Shown here one piece after another: positions 1 through 13,574 of a stretch of DNA of 64,000 nucleotides (its first letter is position 1; every line of letters starts with the position of its first letter). The translations under genes were made by a program, and so were the position numbers. The notes under the pieces are model-generated. The model did not search any database. It had not been told where the DNA came from and saw only the letters and a program-made list of their open reading frames with translations. Source of the DNA: Phoronis australis (taxonomy: Eukaryota; Animalia; Phoronida); contig NMRA01000240.1 in the NCBI GenBank assembly GCA_002633005.1, forward strand, positions 265,019-329,018, in the 5' to 3' direction.

Positions 1-680
1 GTTTTTCCTTATTTGCGTTCAATAATTAAGTTCAATTAGATGGGAGTTATGCAAGTTTGACATTGCTATTCGTGATTACTGCATACATGTATCACAATGC
101 AAAGAAATTATAATTTCAGAGCGATTCCCTCTCAATTTCTTCGAGGTGGGTTTTTGTAGTTCACACACGCTGGCGGTGCCGTTTTTGTTTTGCTGGGGAC
201 GATTTTTTAATATTCATTTTTTGGTCGTGTCCCAAGGTGAGGAGCGTAAACCTCTGAACCCCTCTCGTAGATCTGCCACTGACTTTTCTCTTTTCTCTTA
301 TTCTTGTATATAATGATAGCAGATGAATATCCCGATTTATTGTTGTGTGTTCATTGTCTAAAGCCCGGAAATAACGCTAACTGTGGATTTCGGGCTGAAT
401 TTTATAGTATTATAGTTTTGTGTATGTCGTAATAAATTTCTAACTGTTACTCTTTCCATTTTCCGTGGGACATCAGAGATGGCACAAGTCTGTATAAGAA
501 AGTCACGTGTCGGTGGACATGACGCATTAGCACTGGCTACGTTCATAAGTTATGCCCATGTCCTTGCAGATAAGAAGCTTTCAATTTAAGCCATTTCGGA
601 AAACTTTTATTTTTTTCAAGTGCAAAATGTAAGGTTGCACAAATAAACTTTTAAGTTAAAAGTTTCTAGTAATAAATATC

Positions 681-860
681 AAAACTTAAGTTTTTCTGAT
701 AACTAAGTTTATCACAAAAATTTAATTTTTTCCAATTTTAAAAACTTAGGTTTTTCTGACTTCTTAAGTTTTTCGCAAAACTTAAGTTTTTCCAATTATA
801 GAAACTTGAGTTTTCCTGACTTCTTAATTTTTTCAGAAAACTTAAGTTTTCTGAAAACCA
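681..860. repeat. 60-bp tandem repeat (~3 copies) built from palindromic AAAACTTAAGTTTT subunits
   Basis: Units start at 681, 741 and 801 (aaaacttaagtttttctga / aaaacttaggtttttctgac / gaaacttgagttttcctgac) and align at a 60-nt period. Confidence 0.75.
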
Positions 861-2890
861 TAAGGTTTCTTTGTGATCAAAATTTACGTTTTTCAAGTTT
901 TGAAAATTTGAATATTCTGAGATATTTCATTTTTTGTTCGAAGTTTTCCTAATTTTTCCAACAAAACATTATCGTTTGCTTGTGCAAAACACATTATTTT
1001 ATAAAAATGTTGCCCAGAATGTTTCATTAACATTTATATGGATACAAACCATGAAACAAAGTACGTTTAACCAGTTCAAAGAATTAACTGCAACTCTAAC
1101 TTACCGCTACGAGATTATGCGAGATGCGCGCGCAGATCTGCCGAATCATAAGCGTGTGGATCCTGATAATGTTTTGACGTGTTTTTTTTTTTCTTGTCTT
1201 TTCGTTTTTGGAGATATTGCCTTCTTTTGCTTTGTCTCTGAGAGTCAGAGCTAACTATAAAACAATTGTCGCTTTGCTGCGTATACAGAAATATTGAATA
1301 GACCTACTGATCTAAGATGTACCTGTTGTTTGCCGTGTTTTCCGGCTTTTCGTTGATGTCACCGAGTCGTTCGGACACGACGACTTTTTTATGCTGCCTC
1401 TCTTTGTCAGAGTTAACTATACGCACCTGGGCTTTTTTGGCACAATCGACATCCATTTTTCCCGGCGATTTACTTCGGGAAGTCGTTTTTTGCGGCGACC
1501 CTCGTTGGAGTGGCTGAGCTATGGGGTTCGACGTTTCGTTGCTTGACGTACGGGAACCGTGCCCATACAGGTCATTGTTCCTTGTGTCGTGGAAATGACC
1601 TTCGAATTCTCACTGTATGTTGGGAATTTTCCAGAGTCACTTGTTACACAATACCTCTCCTTTTAGCGTGCATTTTTTGTCCCTCGGTGACTGACTTTTT
1701 AGTTCGTGCGTAGTCCGATGATTTCCACCAATAGTATTTGTGGGCGATTTTTAGCGATGGTTTGCGATTTGGCTCTACCAATCGCATTACACTGTCCTCT
1801 TCTTTTTTACTGATTCCCCTTCTACCAAGTGAGCTCGTGTGTACTGTATTTATTTCCAAATGATGCCGGGTTCCAAGAGAATCGAGTCTGATAAACGTGA
1901 CAAAGCGAAATGCACGGACACCCCAGCCGGACCGTTCTCACTAGTCATGACTCTCCCGCGCAGCCACAAGATCTTCGTGCAGAAATCAAGGAGATTATTA
2001 GGGCTCCGACAGATTGAAGCAGTATGAGGTTAGTTTCTACATTGAATTTACTTGAACCATTAATGAGAATAGCGGCTTTGTCTAACAAATTACGGGTTTC
2101 CGAAGTGTATAGAACATCTCAGAGTTAATTTCGGGTCCCTGTCGTCGCTGAAAATTAATTGGACAGTCCAACAGAAAGTGAATTTTTGTTTGAACGTGGC
2201 CACAATTTCACAACGGAGAGACGCCTCTGAAGTTGTGTCGAAATTTATCTGAGTTGAGTAAAAGTCAAGAACGCAATCTATTGAGAGATATCTCGTTAGA
2301 TCTAGAAATAGTTTTAAACTTAGTAAGAGAAAAAGATAGATTGGCACGACAGAATTGGTTTTTAAAAGCTTGTTTTGATCACTGAACGGGTGTCTCTTAA
2401 ATTTGAAGACAGTGTATTCCAATTGTCTATACACACTGGAATTGTTAATCTGCGAGTTGCCTTAAAGTCATATGATCCGTTTGTAGACGTTTTAAAAATA
2501 TCGTGAATCTGCATAAAAACCATTGAAACATACTCTCTGACACTTAATAATTAGAACTTTTCGTAAGTATGGGGTCGATCTGCTGCCTGTACATATTTTT
2601 TAAAATTATTATTTATTTCAAATCTGCGTGATCAAAACAAACGAATGTTGCCCATAATGCTGTGCGGTTTGACCTTTCGGCAACTCGAGACAAAGTCAGC
2701 TGTTTCCGGTACTGCTTCGAAGAAGAGAAGTTCGCCTTAACCAGGTAATTTACTCGTTTCTTAAACATTTTGATGACGATATTGCTCCCTGTATGAGCTG
2801 AACAGTCTAACTATTACTCTTAGAATTAGATGAAACCATTACCTGTGTGAAAATTACGTACTGAATTCGATAGTAATCAAGTCGAGTCTG

Positions 2891-2945
2891 CAGTGGTACC
2901 CTAGTCAGCCAGCTAGCGGTATCAAAATACAGCTAGGTACCACTG
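2891..2945. mobile_element. Tiny hairpin/MITE-like element CAGTGGTACC...GGTACCACTG
   Basis: 10-14 bp terminal inverted repeat with CAGT ends. It is also present inside the duplicated copy at about 12383-12437. Confidence 0.4.
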
Positions 2946-4959
2946 TTACAGACTTCTAGCATCAGTACGGGCAAGTTAACACAGGAAATACACTTAATTA
3001 GTCTGGAAAAAGGTAGAACACTGAAGTTTCAATTTCAGGTACACTCATACTTTTGTGAAAATGTGTATCCTATGGAATGTATTGATCAATGTTATTTACA
3101 GTATGTACTGCTCAGATTGACATTTTATGTGATTACCATGTTTTTAAAGGTTCACCGTAATGTGCATCACCAGTTCACCAACAATAACAATACTCAAGCA
3201 ACAGAGACAACATGATTAGAGTTCTGAGCCATGTGCAGAAGAATAGGCTTAGGTGGCAATTGATGTTCGGTCTCTTCACATGCAGGTATGCTTGGAACTC
3301 TCGTTTCTTAACGCAATACAACCGATTCTACATATTTTTTGTGTTATCAAGTCATTCTTATTGTTTTCTTTCATCAGTAATCACACAAGATTATAGGTAA
3401 CAAAACTGAAAACCTGTAACAAAATACATTTGCTATGTATCACTTAAATATGCCACATAAAATGCTGAAAATTATACTGTCTTAAAACTTCATTAATTAA
3501 AAATTCATTAATAATGGACCACTGGCTTTTTGAAGAACAACAACCAGTTTGTAGCTATGAAAATATCATTCCCCTTATGTTGAGGTCATGTTTAAACTAC
3601 AACTCAAAATTAATATGGTTTGATTTTTGTTCAGCCTCACATAAGTATATCTGAGGATGAGGGCATTGTATTCAACTTGCTGTGTCCATACTCACTGGGG
3701 TGGTGGGTATCACCAGCTGTAATTGGCATCAGGGTGTACCTTTGGCAGATGCTGAGGAGTGTCCACTACACTGAAAAGATCTATAAGAAGCAACCTGTCA
3801 CCTGCATTTTGCTTATGCCTGTGAGTATTTCTTATCAAGACAGTTTTGGAAATCCAGTTAAGCACCCTCATTATGCACACATGTGACTCTGTGAAAGAAA
3901 ACACTGCTGACATGAAACTTGTAATAACCTTTTACCATTTTCCTTCCAAGGCTCTGGCTACAGAGATTTGGTCTTGCACTCAACATCAATGTTTCAGACA
4001 AATACCCAAAACTCAATTTAACAAATAAATAAATTATCTGAATATGCTCATAATTGTTACCTATTGAGAAAATGTGAACAAATTATTTCCAGGCTATTAG
4101 TTAGTGATACCTGGACTAAACCTTTACTTGGCAATTGTGAGGTGAAAACATTATTACGGCCCTGACAGTATGCCTGTGACATGAATATTCATAAAGACTA
4201 TCTATGGATTATTGGCAGGTTCATGATAAGGTCCAGTTTTAGTCAAACTAAACAAAACACTATAAAACACATTCCTAATTTGAGTTTTGTTTATTGTTTG
4301 TCTGAAATTTACCTATAAATACCAAAATAGCCATAACAATGGATTGCCAACAGTACATTCTAGAAGGTATGTATAAAAAAATCTTTTTCAATAAGGCATG
4401 GAAAAATGTCGCAAACAGCTTGTCCCATCAGCACGCCATGTTTTTGGTCACATCACGTGACCTGATGAATAACAATCCAAAAAGATTTCTGACCGTCCCT
4501 GACTTCTGATAGGAATTTGATCTTGGTCTCCCACTGCAAAATTTCTCAAAAACAATAAGTCAAATTGTAACGAGTGCATCACACGGCAGAAACAGTTTTT
4601 GGAAATCATCACGGCAACCAACAGCAGTGTGCGTTTTTAAAGAATTTTTCGAACTTTGCACAAGTGAAACTTAATTATTTTTTTTCAGAATTAGCGGTTT
4701 AAGATCAAATTTATGACTTAACGTTTAAGTCAAATCAACCTATCCGCAAACACAATCTAATGATATTTTAATTACCTGGTCAATATCTATTATATAGAAT
4801 TGGGACAACCAATCACAACAATAATCGTCTTCCATTGTGTATAATGTGATAAGTCACGTGCTATTGTTCTTCCTTTTCCCATTGTTAATCGTATAGTAAA
4901 GAATGACGAGGCGCTGCGATTGTGGTGGTTTTAGCAGCGCAGTATTTGACCACGTTGCG

Positions 4960-5320
4960 ACTCTTCGTTCTTGAATCCAATCAAACTGGTATCAAGACAA
5001 CTAGGCTCAATGCACCTAGAAGTTTTTGCTTAATGCATTTATCTTACTCCACTTTGACTACGGAGATATTATCTTCCAATCCGCTAGTGCTGGTGTTCTA
5101 CTACAGTTACATCGTAATTTCTGTATCAAGCTGCACTTTCAATCACAGCATCATTTAAAGGTTCAGAAAAAATAAAGTTCTTAATAGCCTGAATTGATCT
5201 ACACTTTCCGAACGAAGGAAACTACACACAAGCACGCGCACATTTAAAGTTCTCAATAACATAAGCAATGCGTCAAATGAGCTTATATTTAATAAATATG
5301 AAAGAGAATACCGAAGGCCT
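4960..5320 (+). mobile_element. Internal fragment of a CR1/L2-group LINE (post-RT region)
   Basis: The duplicated copy (ORF 12890-13108) reads NPIKLVSRQLGSMNLEVLLNAFILLHFDYGDIIYQSA. This is homologous to INPLKFVSRHLNSTHLEVLFKSFILPDIDYFDIIYQSA of the LINE at 26250-26792. Confidence 0.8.
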
Positions 5321-5328
5321 GGCCTTAA

Positions 5329-5600
5329 AGGCCTATGGTCCGAGTTATAGAAGAAAAAACCTCTTAACGCCGTTAAAGCCGGTTTTTTGATGTGACATGG
5401 AGTTCAAAAAGTTATTAACTTTCAACTTGTGCAAAAAGTTTGAAAAAATCGTTGTAAATACTACAAACGAATGAAATGTTTACAAAGAATTTAGTATCCG
5501 TGATGCTAAATAGATTATTAACATTACAACAACGCATGCGCAGCCACAGATTTAGAGGTCAACAGAATTGAATACAAATGGCGGGGAGAAGTAGGTCTAT
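5329..5600 (+). mobile_element. Probable left end of a TTAA-targeting DNA transposon (TTAA|AGGCCTATGGTCC...)
   Basis: TTAA+AGG start like the Kolobok copies downstream, and it truncates the LINE fragment. I found no independent right end. Confidence 0.35.
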
Positions 5601-8600
5601 GAAGTGTACGTCCGAAGGCGAAACGCAGTCATACAGCTCTACGAGATTCAGAAAAAGACGTGTTAGCCAGTACAAAAAGCGGCATTACCAACAAACCGTG
5701 TACCTGTAAGCGACTCGTTCGATAGGTGAGAAACAATGAGGACAAGACTGAATGTTCGAACTCGTGAAGGTTTTACATTACAACAAATGAACACTACCAG
5801 GTTTTCGATGGACAAGTATAAGTCAGTAAGTGTACTGTTTGTGAAATGTTCAATGACTCGTATACACGGTTAGAGCATTCACTGATGGGTGACTGATCTC
5901 AGTCAGCATACATCGGACCCGAATCATTTTGAAGAGCCTCATTTCGATCAGCTGTTCATATTTTGTTCTAATACTACTAGTAGTACTAGTAGTACTAGTA
6001 GTGCTGATTCACGCTGACCCGGACTAGTTTCACCATGTTAGTGTTTTAACATTCAGTTAAAACTGGTAAGGCCCTTTCATTCTAACGTCGACATGGCGAT
6101 GTTTTGGGGAGTTGCAGTCAGTATGGAGGGTTAACTTCGGTCCTGAATCGAAGTTAACTGTGGCAGTTAACTTCACAGTAGACAAGCGGAGCGTCGATGC
6201 TGTGGTGTACGGTAGTATGAGTGATCAACTTCGGCTACATCGAAGAAGTTATTGTCAGAGGCCACTGCTATCTTCGACAATTACAGGGTAATGTCGTCGC
6301 TAAAAGCTGCTCATATTTTGCTCGAGTAGTCACTAATCGAATTAGAAATAGGTTTTTGTGTCCATTAGCACATGTCAATGTTCCCAAATTAAAAAATCCT
6401 GGTGTCATCAGCTACAGTTTACTTAGACATCCAAAGCCGGTAAAAACGGTTCGATTAACTTTCTAGTTCATGTCGACACTCTGCTCACACCGAAATTAAG
6501 TACAAAAGGGCTTTTAGATCGATTTCAACTAGCAGAACAATGTGGCAGGTGGTGTAAAGAATTGTAGCGGGAGAGGGGGGATGTTTGTAGGATGTGTTAG
6601 GGACTTCACCTGGCCACGCCAATAGCTTTATTAGAAAGCTCATATCAGTTTTGGTCGTACTGAGTACAGTGGGGGGATAAGTCTTGGTCAAGATGGCTAT
6701 ACTTGAGAATGTCTTATTAGTTTTGCTTTATTTTTTCCAGTTAGGAGAATACTGACCACCTACAGGGGCCCGTGTAACCGTAAGTTGATCTTTCTTATTC
6801 CATTAAGTTTTAAAAGAAAGAATAGGTGTGCTAAACTTATTCAGTTATTGATGGCCACTTTTTGCTGTATTTGCATCTTAGTCTGTGCAGGTTAGGGGAA
6901 AATGATTAATTGCAGTCTGCATGGTCCAGGCACATTACTTGAACTCACAACCTCAAAAAATTAGCCAGTCAAATCACGTGATTGGAGTGCAAATCTTATG
7001 TTTGCTCATGCCATGGAATTGGAGTTGTGTATGGAATATAGAGTTTAGGCTATGGGCTTTCACGTAAGCCGGAAGTTTCATCAATTATAAGTCTCTTAAG
7101 TCGCTGTCAGTTTAGAATAATGCTGTCTCAGCTACAAATTTTGCCTTCTGGTAAATAAATCAAGGAGTTGTTTTAAGCATAAAGGTGTGTCAAATTGACT
7201 GAAAGTACATTCTTAAATCTTGTTATTGCTCCTTGTAAAGTGAGTCAAATTGTATTTAAACCCTCCTTCATCATCTGTACTTTCAGAATGAGTGGTTTTG
7301 ACAACGCCCTCTACAAATTTCTTTGCAAGAGTCCCAGACTGGTCATCACCTGAAGAAACCTTGAGGTATTGTTTCATTCATTTCCTTAATATCTCATGGA
7401 GTGACATTTCACATTTAATTCAACTCACAATTCACAATCCTAACCAAAGATATCACTGTTTTGTTTACAGTATTTAAACATGCCTTGTTTAAAGCCTGTT
7501 CAATTTCTATTCAGGGATTCACCCAGGATTTCGAAAATAGGGTGTCCAAAATGGGATTCCTAATATTTCAGAGTGTCCGTGATTCCGACAATGCATTACC
7601 CCTACCACCGTGCAGTGCGCCAGCAACCCCCCACACTGATTTTTTTACAAAAATACATAGATCAAAGCGTTTACATCTGCGTTTTCAAACTAACCCCCTG
7701 TAGCGAGCTATTTTTACTAAAAAAAACTGCTTGGACCTAGACTTTTTTACCTAAGCTTATGGATACAGCCAAGCAGCTTACCAGACAAATATTACAGATA
7801 TTTTTGAAGGATGAGTGCACTTCGCAGATGATGGTGTCACTGCTGTTCCATATTAAAACATGGAAATGCACATTGAAATGCACGAAGCAGTGTTTCATTT
7901 GAGTTATTTATATTAGGTTTGTGTAAACCGTACTTTAATGTGAAGTTTTTATTCTAATGTATCAGTTTGGAGGATGTCCAGTTGAGCAAAGAACATTTGT
8001 TATGTAACTAATTTGCATGTGAAAATTTTAAACTCGCTTACAACTGTAGTATAAATGCAAGCTAACTCCAGCTGCTGGTTGAAATTCTGTGCATCATGTT
8101 TGGTGTGGGGAGCAATTATGATTTCTAAAAACCTTAGTGGGAAAATTTGCCCTTTTACGATTCTATCTGTCGATTCAATGTCGCTGTTTCAGATTCATAG
8201 ATACATGTCTGAGTTTTCAGTTTAGAGGACTCAGAATAAATTTTAAACTGAATGTCTTCTCACAAATGCCACTATTGTCATCTTACAGGGATTCAGAGCT
8301 GTTGTTCACCTTTGTCCTTATCTTCTTTGTCACCTGCATCCTTACAATCTGGATCAAAGGTTTGTGTCTGCTCTTGTAAAGACTCTATGCTGTATTGGAA
8401 TTTAAAGTAGATATAGGCATGCCTTATGTCACGAAAACCAACTGTTTATTTAGACCATGTACCATTAGTATGATATTGATCTCGAATTGTTCCTTGATAA
8501 AAATAAGGTGTGAATTTTGGGCTTGAAAATCTCCAGCAATTTGTTACTACTTGAGAGTTTCTTTAGGTTGACGTGTCACAGCATGCCATTTCATTCACTT

Positions 8601-10662
8601 GACATGGTCACAACCATAATGAACTGACAGTTCTTTGCAAGACCTAAAGTTATTTCTCATCTGAATGAGGAAAGTGGTTAAAAACAAAAGTTAAGTTGCG
8701 CGGATAGCAGGTTTTATAGCCGCAGAAATTTTTCTGTCAAAATGCAACTCTTATTTCCTCTCAATGTAGGCTTCTTATTGCTTGTTAAAAGACAATAATA
8801 GTATGACCGGCTGCTGAGTAGCACTTGGGACATAACCATGTTGTCATAAGTTCAATTTCTTGTCTTAGAACTCTAGGATCCACTTAAACCATAAAGTAGC
8901 AATGGCCATCAAAAGTTATCATGATGCGATTAAGATTTGGCAAAAAGGGCATTAGTTCTTGCACCATCTTTCTAACTTGCAACCTCTCACACTTTTTGAT
9001 ACTAGCATTCCGTTGGTGGTATACATACAGTTATCATTACTTGTACCTAATTGTGGTTTTCTTTGCACTGTATATTTGGTTTTAGCGTTTCAGTGCTCAA
9101 TTATATTGTAACTTTTCACAATATTTTACACTTACAGGCTACATAGGTACTTCAGTGAGAAATCTAAGAGTAATTCTGTCAAGGATTAAGAAAGGTCTAT
9201 ACTCCAGTGCCACCGGTGTTCATAATTAGCAGATGCTTGAGAGCAAAACAAGGCGTGCACAAACTTGACACATGACTTCCAGGGGCCACCCAGTTCAGTG
9301 CCTTGAATATCAGTGGTTTTGCAATGACAACAAATGTTATTTGATCTATCAAAAGAACTATCACTGCTTCAGTGAACATTTGACACTAATTTTAAAGTTA
9401 CCTTTGCATAGTAGCTTGACGTGGATATAGACTGTTGTCAATACAAAAGGACACGGCTATATTTTTGATCTTACTCATTTACCGTACAGCATATAAATCT
9501 GATATTCTACTTTTTATATATGTAAATCAACAATCCTTGACCACTGTTTGCTTACATTTGACTCCAAAACTGTGATACAGTACCTGCTTTTTAATTGAAG
9601 TGATCATGTAAGTTGGTTCATGTTGATTCTATCAACAAGTCATCATCTGCTTTTGTTGGTCCACGTGGTTGTGCGAATTGACTACGTAATTAATATAAAT
9701 GTGTCCATGACTTCAAACATATTTCGATTAATTAGATGCCATGCTGCAACTCTTGTTTGCATTTACATTTCTGTTGTGTTGAGAATTACTGCAGTGAAAT
9801 GCATTTGATGTTATACAGGTTAAACTTCGGCAGTGAAAATCCATTTTGTTTGTTAATGTGATTATGTCATTGCTGTTAAAGCTGCTATGAACCTGCCTTC
9901 CTTCAATTAAACCAACAATTGATTTTGACTATTTATTGTCTTGGCCGATTCCTTACTCAAAGTTCAAGTGATTCCTGAAATTAGAAAGAACTGACAGTTC
10001 GTTATAGCTCGAACCTCAGTTTATCAAGTTGCCTTGAAACAGCTTGTCATTTTCTGTAGGTGAAATTGTTACAAGCCAAGAAACCCATCCTCACCTGGGT
10101 AAAGAAACTTACTGATAGGAGGTCTGATGCGGAAAATGGTATAAATTAAAAGTTATTTAATTGTTGATGGAATGTTGGTTTGTAGCAACTTAACCAGTTC
10201 TGTTTCATTACATTTAAGTCTTCATCCGATTTTCAGTATGAAACTAAGAAATGGTATTGGGCATCAATTTTGTTTCTTAGTACCACAAAAAAATCACATT
10301 TATCTGAGTACTAAGCAGTAGACAAAACAATATGCATTAGACACATAAAATATGGTGCCTGAGTAAAAAACATTATTTGTTTGACTGCAAGCAAAGTATA
10401 TAAAGCAGTACGATTTGTGACATAACCCTTGCATTGCGAAAATATGTTGGGGTAGGCGCCTTTTGTTGTAGTTGGTACCTTTGTTGAAAGCCAGCACATC
10501 ATTACGGCAGACTCTTGCCAGTTCCTCATTTATGACGAAGAAACCAAAAGTCCTGAATCAAAAATAAAAATAAAATTTTCTTCATAGCCATGTATAAGAT
10601 AAAAAAATTCTTCATTAACTAGTGTACTTCGAAAGCTGAATACCTTATAGAATGCGAACAGC

Positions 10663-13574
10663 TAATTAAGTTTCACTTGTGCAAAGTTCGAAAAATTCTT
10701 CAAAAACGCACACTGCTGTTGGTTGCCGTGATAATTTCCAAAAACTGTTTCTGCCGTGTGATGCACTCGTTACAATTTGACTTACTGTTTTTGAGAAATT
10801 TTGCAGTGGGAGACCAAAATCAAATTCCTATCAGAAGTCAGGGACGGTCAGAAATCTTTTTGGATTGATATTCATCAGGTCACGTGATGTGACCAAAAAC
10901 ATGGCGTGCTGATGGGACAAGCTGTTTGCAACATTTTTCCATGCCTTATTGAAAAAGATTTATTTATACATACCTTCTAGAATGTACTGTTGGCAATCCA
11001 TTGTTATGGCTATTTTGGTATTTATAGGTAAATTTCAGATAAACAATAAACAAAACTCAAATAAGGAATGTGTTTTATTGTGTTTTGTTTAGTTTGACAA
11101 AAACTGGACCTTATCACGAACCTGCCAATAATACATAGATAGTCTTTATGAATATTCATGTCACAGGCATACTGTCAGGGCCGTAATAATGTTTTCACTT
11201 CACAATTGCCAAGTAAAGGTTTAGTCCAGGTATCACTACCTAATAGCCTGAAAATAATTTGTTCACATTTCCTCAATAAGTAACAATTATGAGCATAATC
11301 AGATAATTTATTTATTTGTTAAATTGAGTTTTGGGTATTTGATGTTGAGTGCAAAACCAAATCTCTGTAGCCAGAGCCTTGGAAGGAAAATGGTAAAAGG
11401 TTATTACAAGTGTCATGTCAGCAGTGTTTTCTTTCACAGAGTCACATGTGTGCATAATGAGGGTGCTCAACTGGATTTCCAAAACTGTCTTGATAAGAAA
11501 TACTCACAGGCATAAGCAAAATGCAGGTGACAGGTTGCTTCTTATAGATCTTTTCAGTGTAGTGGACACTCCTCAGCCTCTGCCAAAGGTACACCCTGAT
11601 GACAATCACAGCTGGTGATACCCACCACCCCAGTGAGTATGGACACAGCAAGTTGAATACAATGCCCTCATCCTCAGATATACTTATGTGAGGCTGAAAA
11701 AAAATCAAACCACATTAATTTTGTGTTGTAGTTTAAACATGACCTCAACATAAGGGGAATGATGTTTTCATAGCTACAAACTGGTTGTTGTTCTTCAAAA
11801 AGCCAGTGGTCCATTATTAATGAAGTTTTAATTAATGAAGTTTTAAGACAGTATAATTTTCAGCATTTTATGTGACATTTTTAGTGATACATAGCAAATG
11901 TATTTTGTTACAGGTTTTCAGTTTTGTTACCTATAAAGCTTGTGTGATTACTGATGAAAGAAAACAATAAGTATGACTTGATAACACAAAAAATATGTAG
12001 AATCGGTTCTATTGCGTTAAGAAACGAGAGTTCCAAGCATACCTGCATGTGAAGAGACCGAACATCAATTGCCACCTAAGCCTATTCCTCTGCACATGGC
12101 TCAGTACTCTAATCATGTTGTCTCTGTTGCTTGCGTATTGTTATTGTTGGTGAACTGGTGATGCACATTACGGTGAACCTTTAAAAACATGGTAATCACA
12201 TAAAATGTCAATCTGAGCAGTACATACTGTAGATAACATTGATCAATACATTCCATAGGATACACATTTTCACAAAAGTATGAGTGTACCTGAAATTGAA
12301 ACTTCAGTGTTCTACCTTTTTCCAGACTAATTAAGTGTATTTCCTGTGTTAACTTGCCAATACTGATGCTAGAAGTCTGCAACAGTGGTACCTAGCTGTA
12401 TTTTGATACCGCTAGCTGGCTGACTAGGGTACCACTGCAGACTCGATTCGATCACATCAATTACTATTGAATTCAGTACGTAATTTTCCCACAGGTAATG
12501 GTTTCATCTAATTCTAAGAGTAATAGTTAAATCTGTGGCTGCGCATGCGTTGTTGTAATGTTAATAATCTATTTAGCATCACGGATACTAAATTCTTTGT
12601 AAACATTTCATTTGTTTGCAGTATTTACAACGATTTTTTCAAACTTTTTGCACAAGTTGAAAGTTAATAACTTTTTGAACTCCTTGTCACATCAAAAAAC
12701 CGGCTTTAACGGCGTTAAGAGGTTTTTTCTTCTATAACTCGGACCATAGGCCTTTAAGGCCAGGCCTTCGGTATTCTCTTTCATATTTATTAAATATAAG
12801 CTTATTTGACGCATTACTTATGTTATTGAGAACTTTAAATGTGTACGTGCTTGTGTGTAGTTTCCTTCGTTCGGAAAGTGTAGATCAATTCAGGCTATTA
12901 AGAACTTTATTTTTTCTGAACCTTTAAATGATGCTGTGATTGAAAGTGCAGCTTGATACAGCAAACGATGTAACTGTAGTAGAAAACCAGCACTAGCGGA
13001 TTGGTAGATAATATCTCCGTAGTCAAAGTGGAGTAAGATAAATGCATTAAGCAAAACTTCTAGGTTCATTGAGCCTAGTTGTCTTGATACCAGTTTGATT
13101 GGATTCAAGAACGAAGAGTCGCAACGTGGTCAAATACTGCGCTGCTAAAACCACCACAAACGCAGCGCCTCGTCATTCTATACTATACCATTAACAATGG
13201 GAAAAGGAAGAACAATAGCACGTGACTGATCACACTATACACAGTGGAAGACGATTATTGTTGTGATTGGTTGTCCCAATTCTATGTAATAGATAATGAC
13301 CAGCTAATTAAAATATCATTAGATTGTGTTTGCGGATAGGTTGATTTGACTTAAACGTTAAGTCATGAATTTGATCTTAAACCGCTAATTCTGAAAAAAA
13401 TAATTAAGTTTCACTTGTGCAAAGTTCGAAAAATTCTTTAAAAACGCACACCGCTGTTGGTTGCCGTGATGATTTCCAAAAACTGTTTCTGCCGTGTGAT
13501 GCACTCGTTACAATTTGACTTATTGTTTTTGAGAAATTTTGCAATGGGAGACCAAGATCAAATTCCTATCAGAA
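10663..13574 (-). repeat. Segmental duplication copy 2: inverted, circularly permuted, with 174-bp direct terminal repeats
   Basis: 10663-12529 is the reverse complement of 2808-4677, and 12528-13574 is the reverse complement of 4504-5554. Direct repeats lie at 10663-10836 and 13401-13574. Confidence 0.93.

Larger units (their letters stand above)
2808..5554 (+). repeat. Segmental duplication copy 1 (2.75 kb, TA at both ends)
   Basis: The reverse complement matches 10663-13574 with only scattered substitutions and indels. The duplicated ORFs 3620-3886/11442-11708 and 3710-3913/11415-11618 confirm it. Confidence 0.93.

Noticed and set aside
1317-2434. Several overlapping short ORFs on both strands
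   Set aside because: No domain signature, mostly non-ATG starts, and compatible with chance.
5975-6002. (TACTAGTAG)x3 palindromic microsatellite
   Set aside because: Short simple repeat with no evidence of function.
10663-13574. LTR retrotransposon or TRIM suggested by the 174-bp direct repeats
   Set aside because: No TG...CA ends, primer binding site, polypurine tract or TSD. The interior is a permuted copy of 2808-5554.
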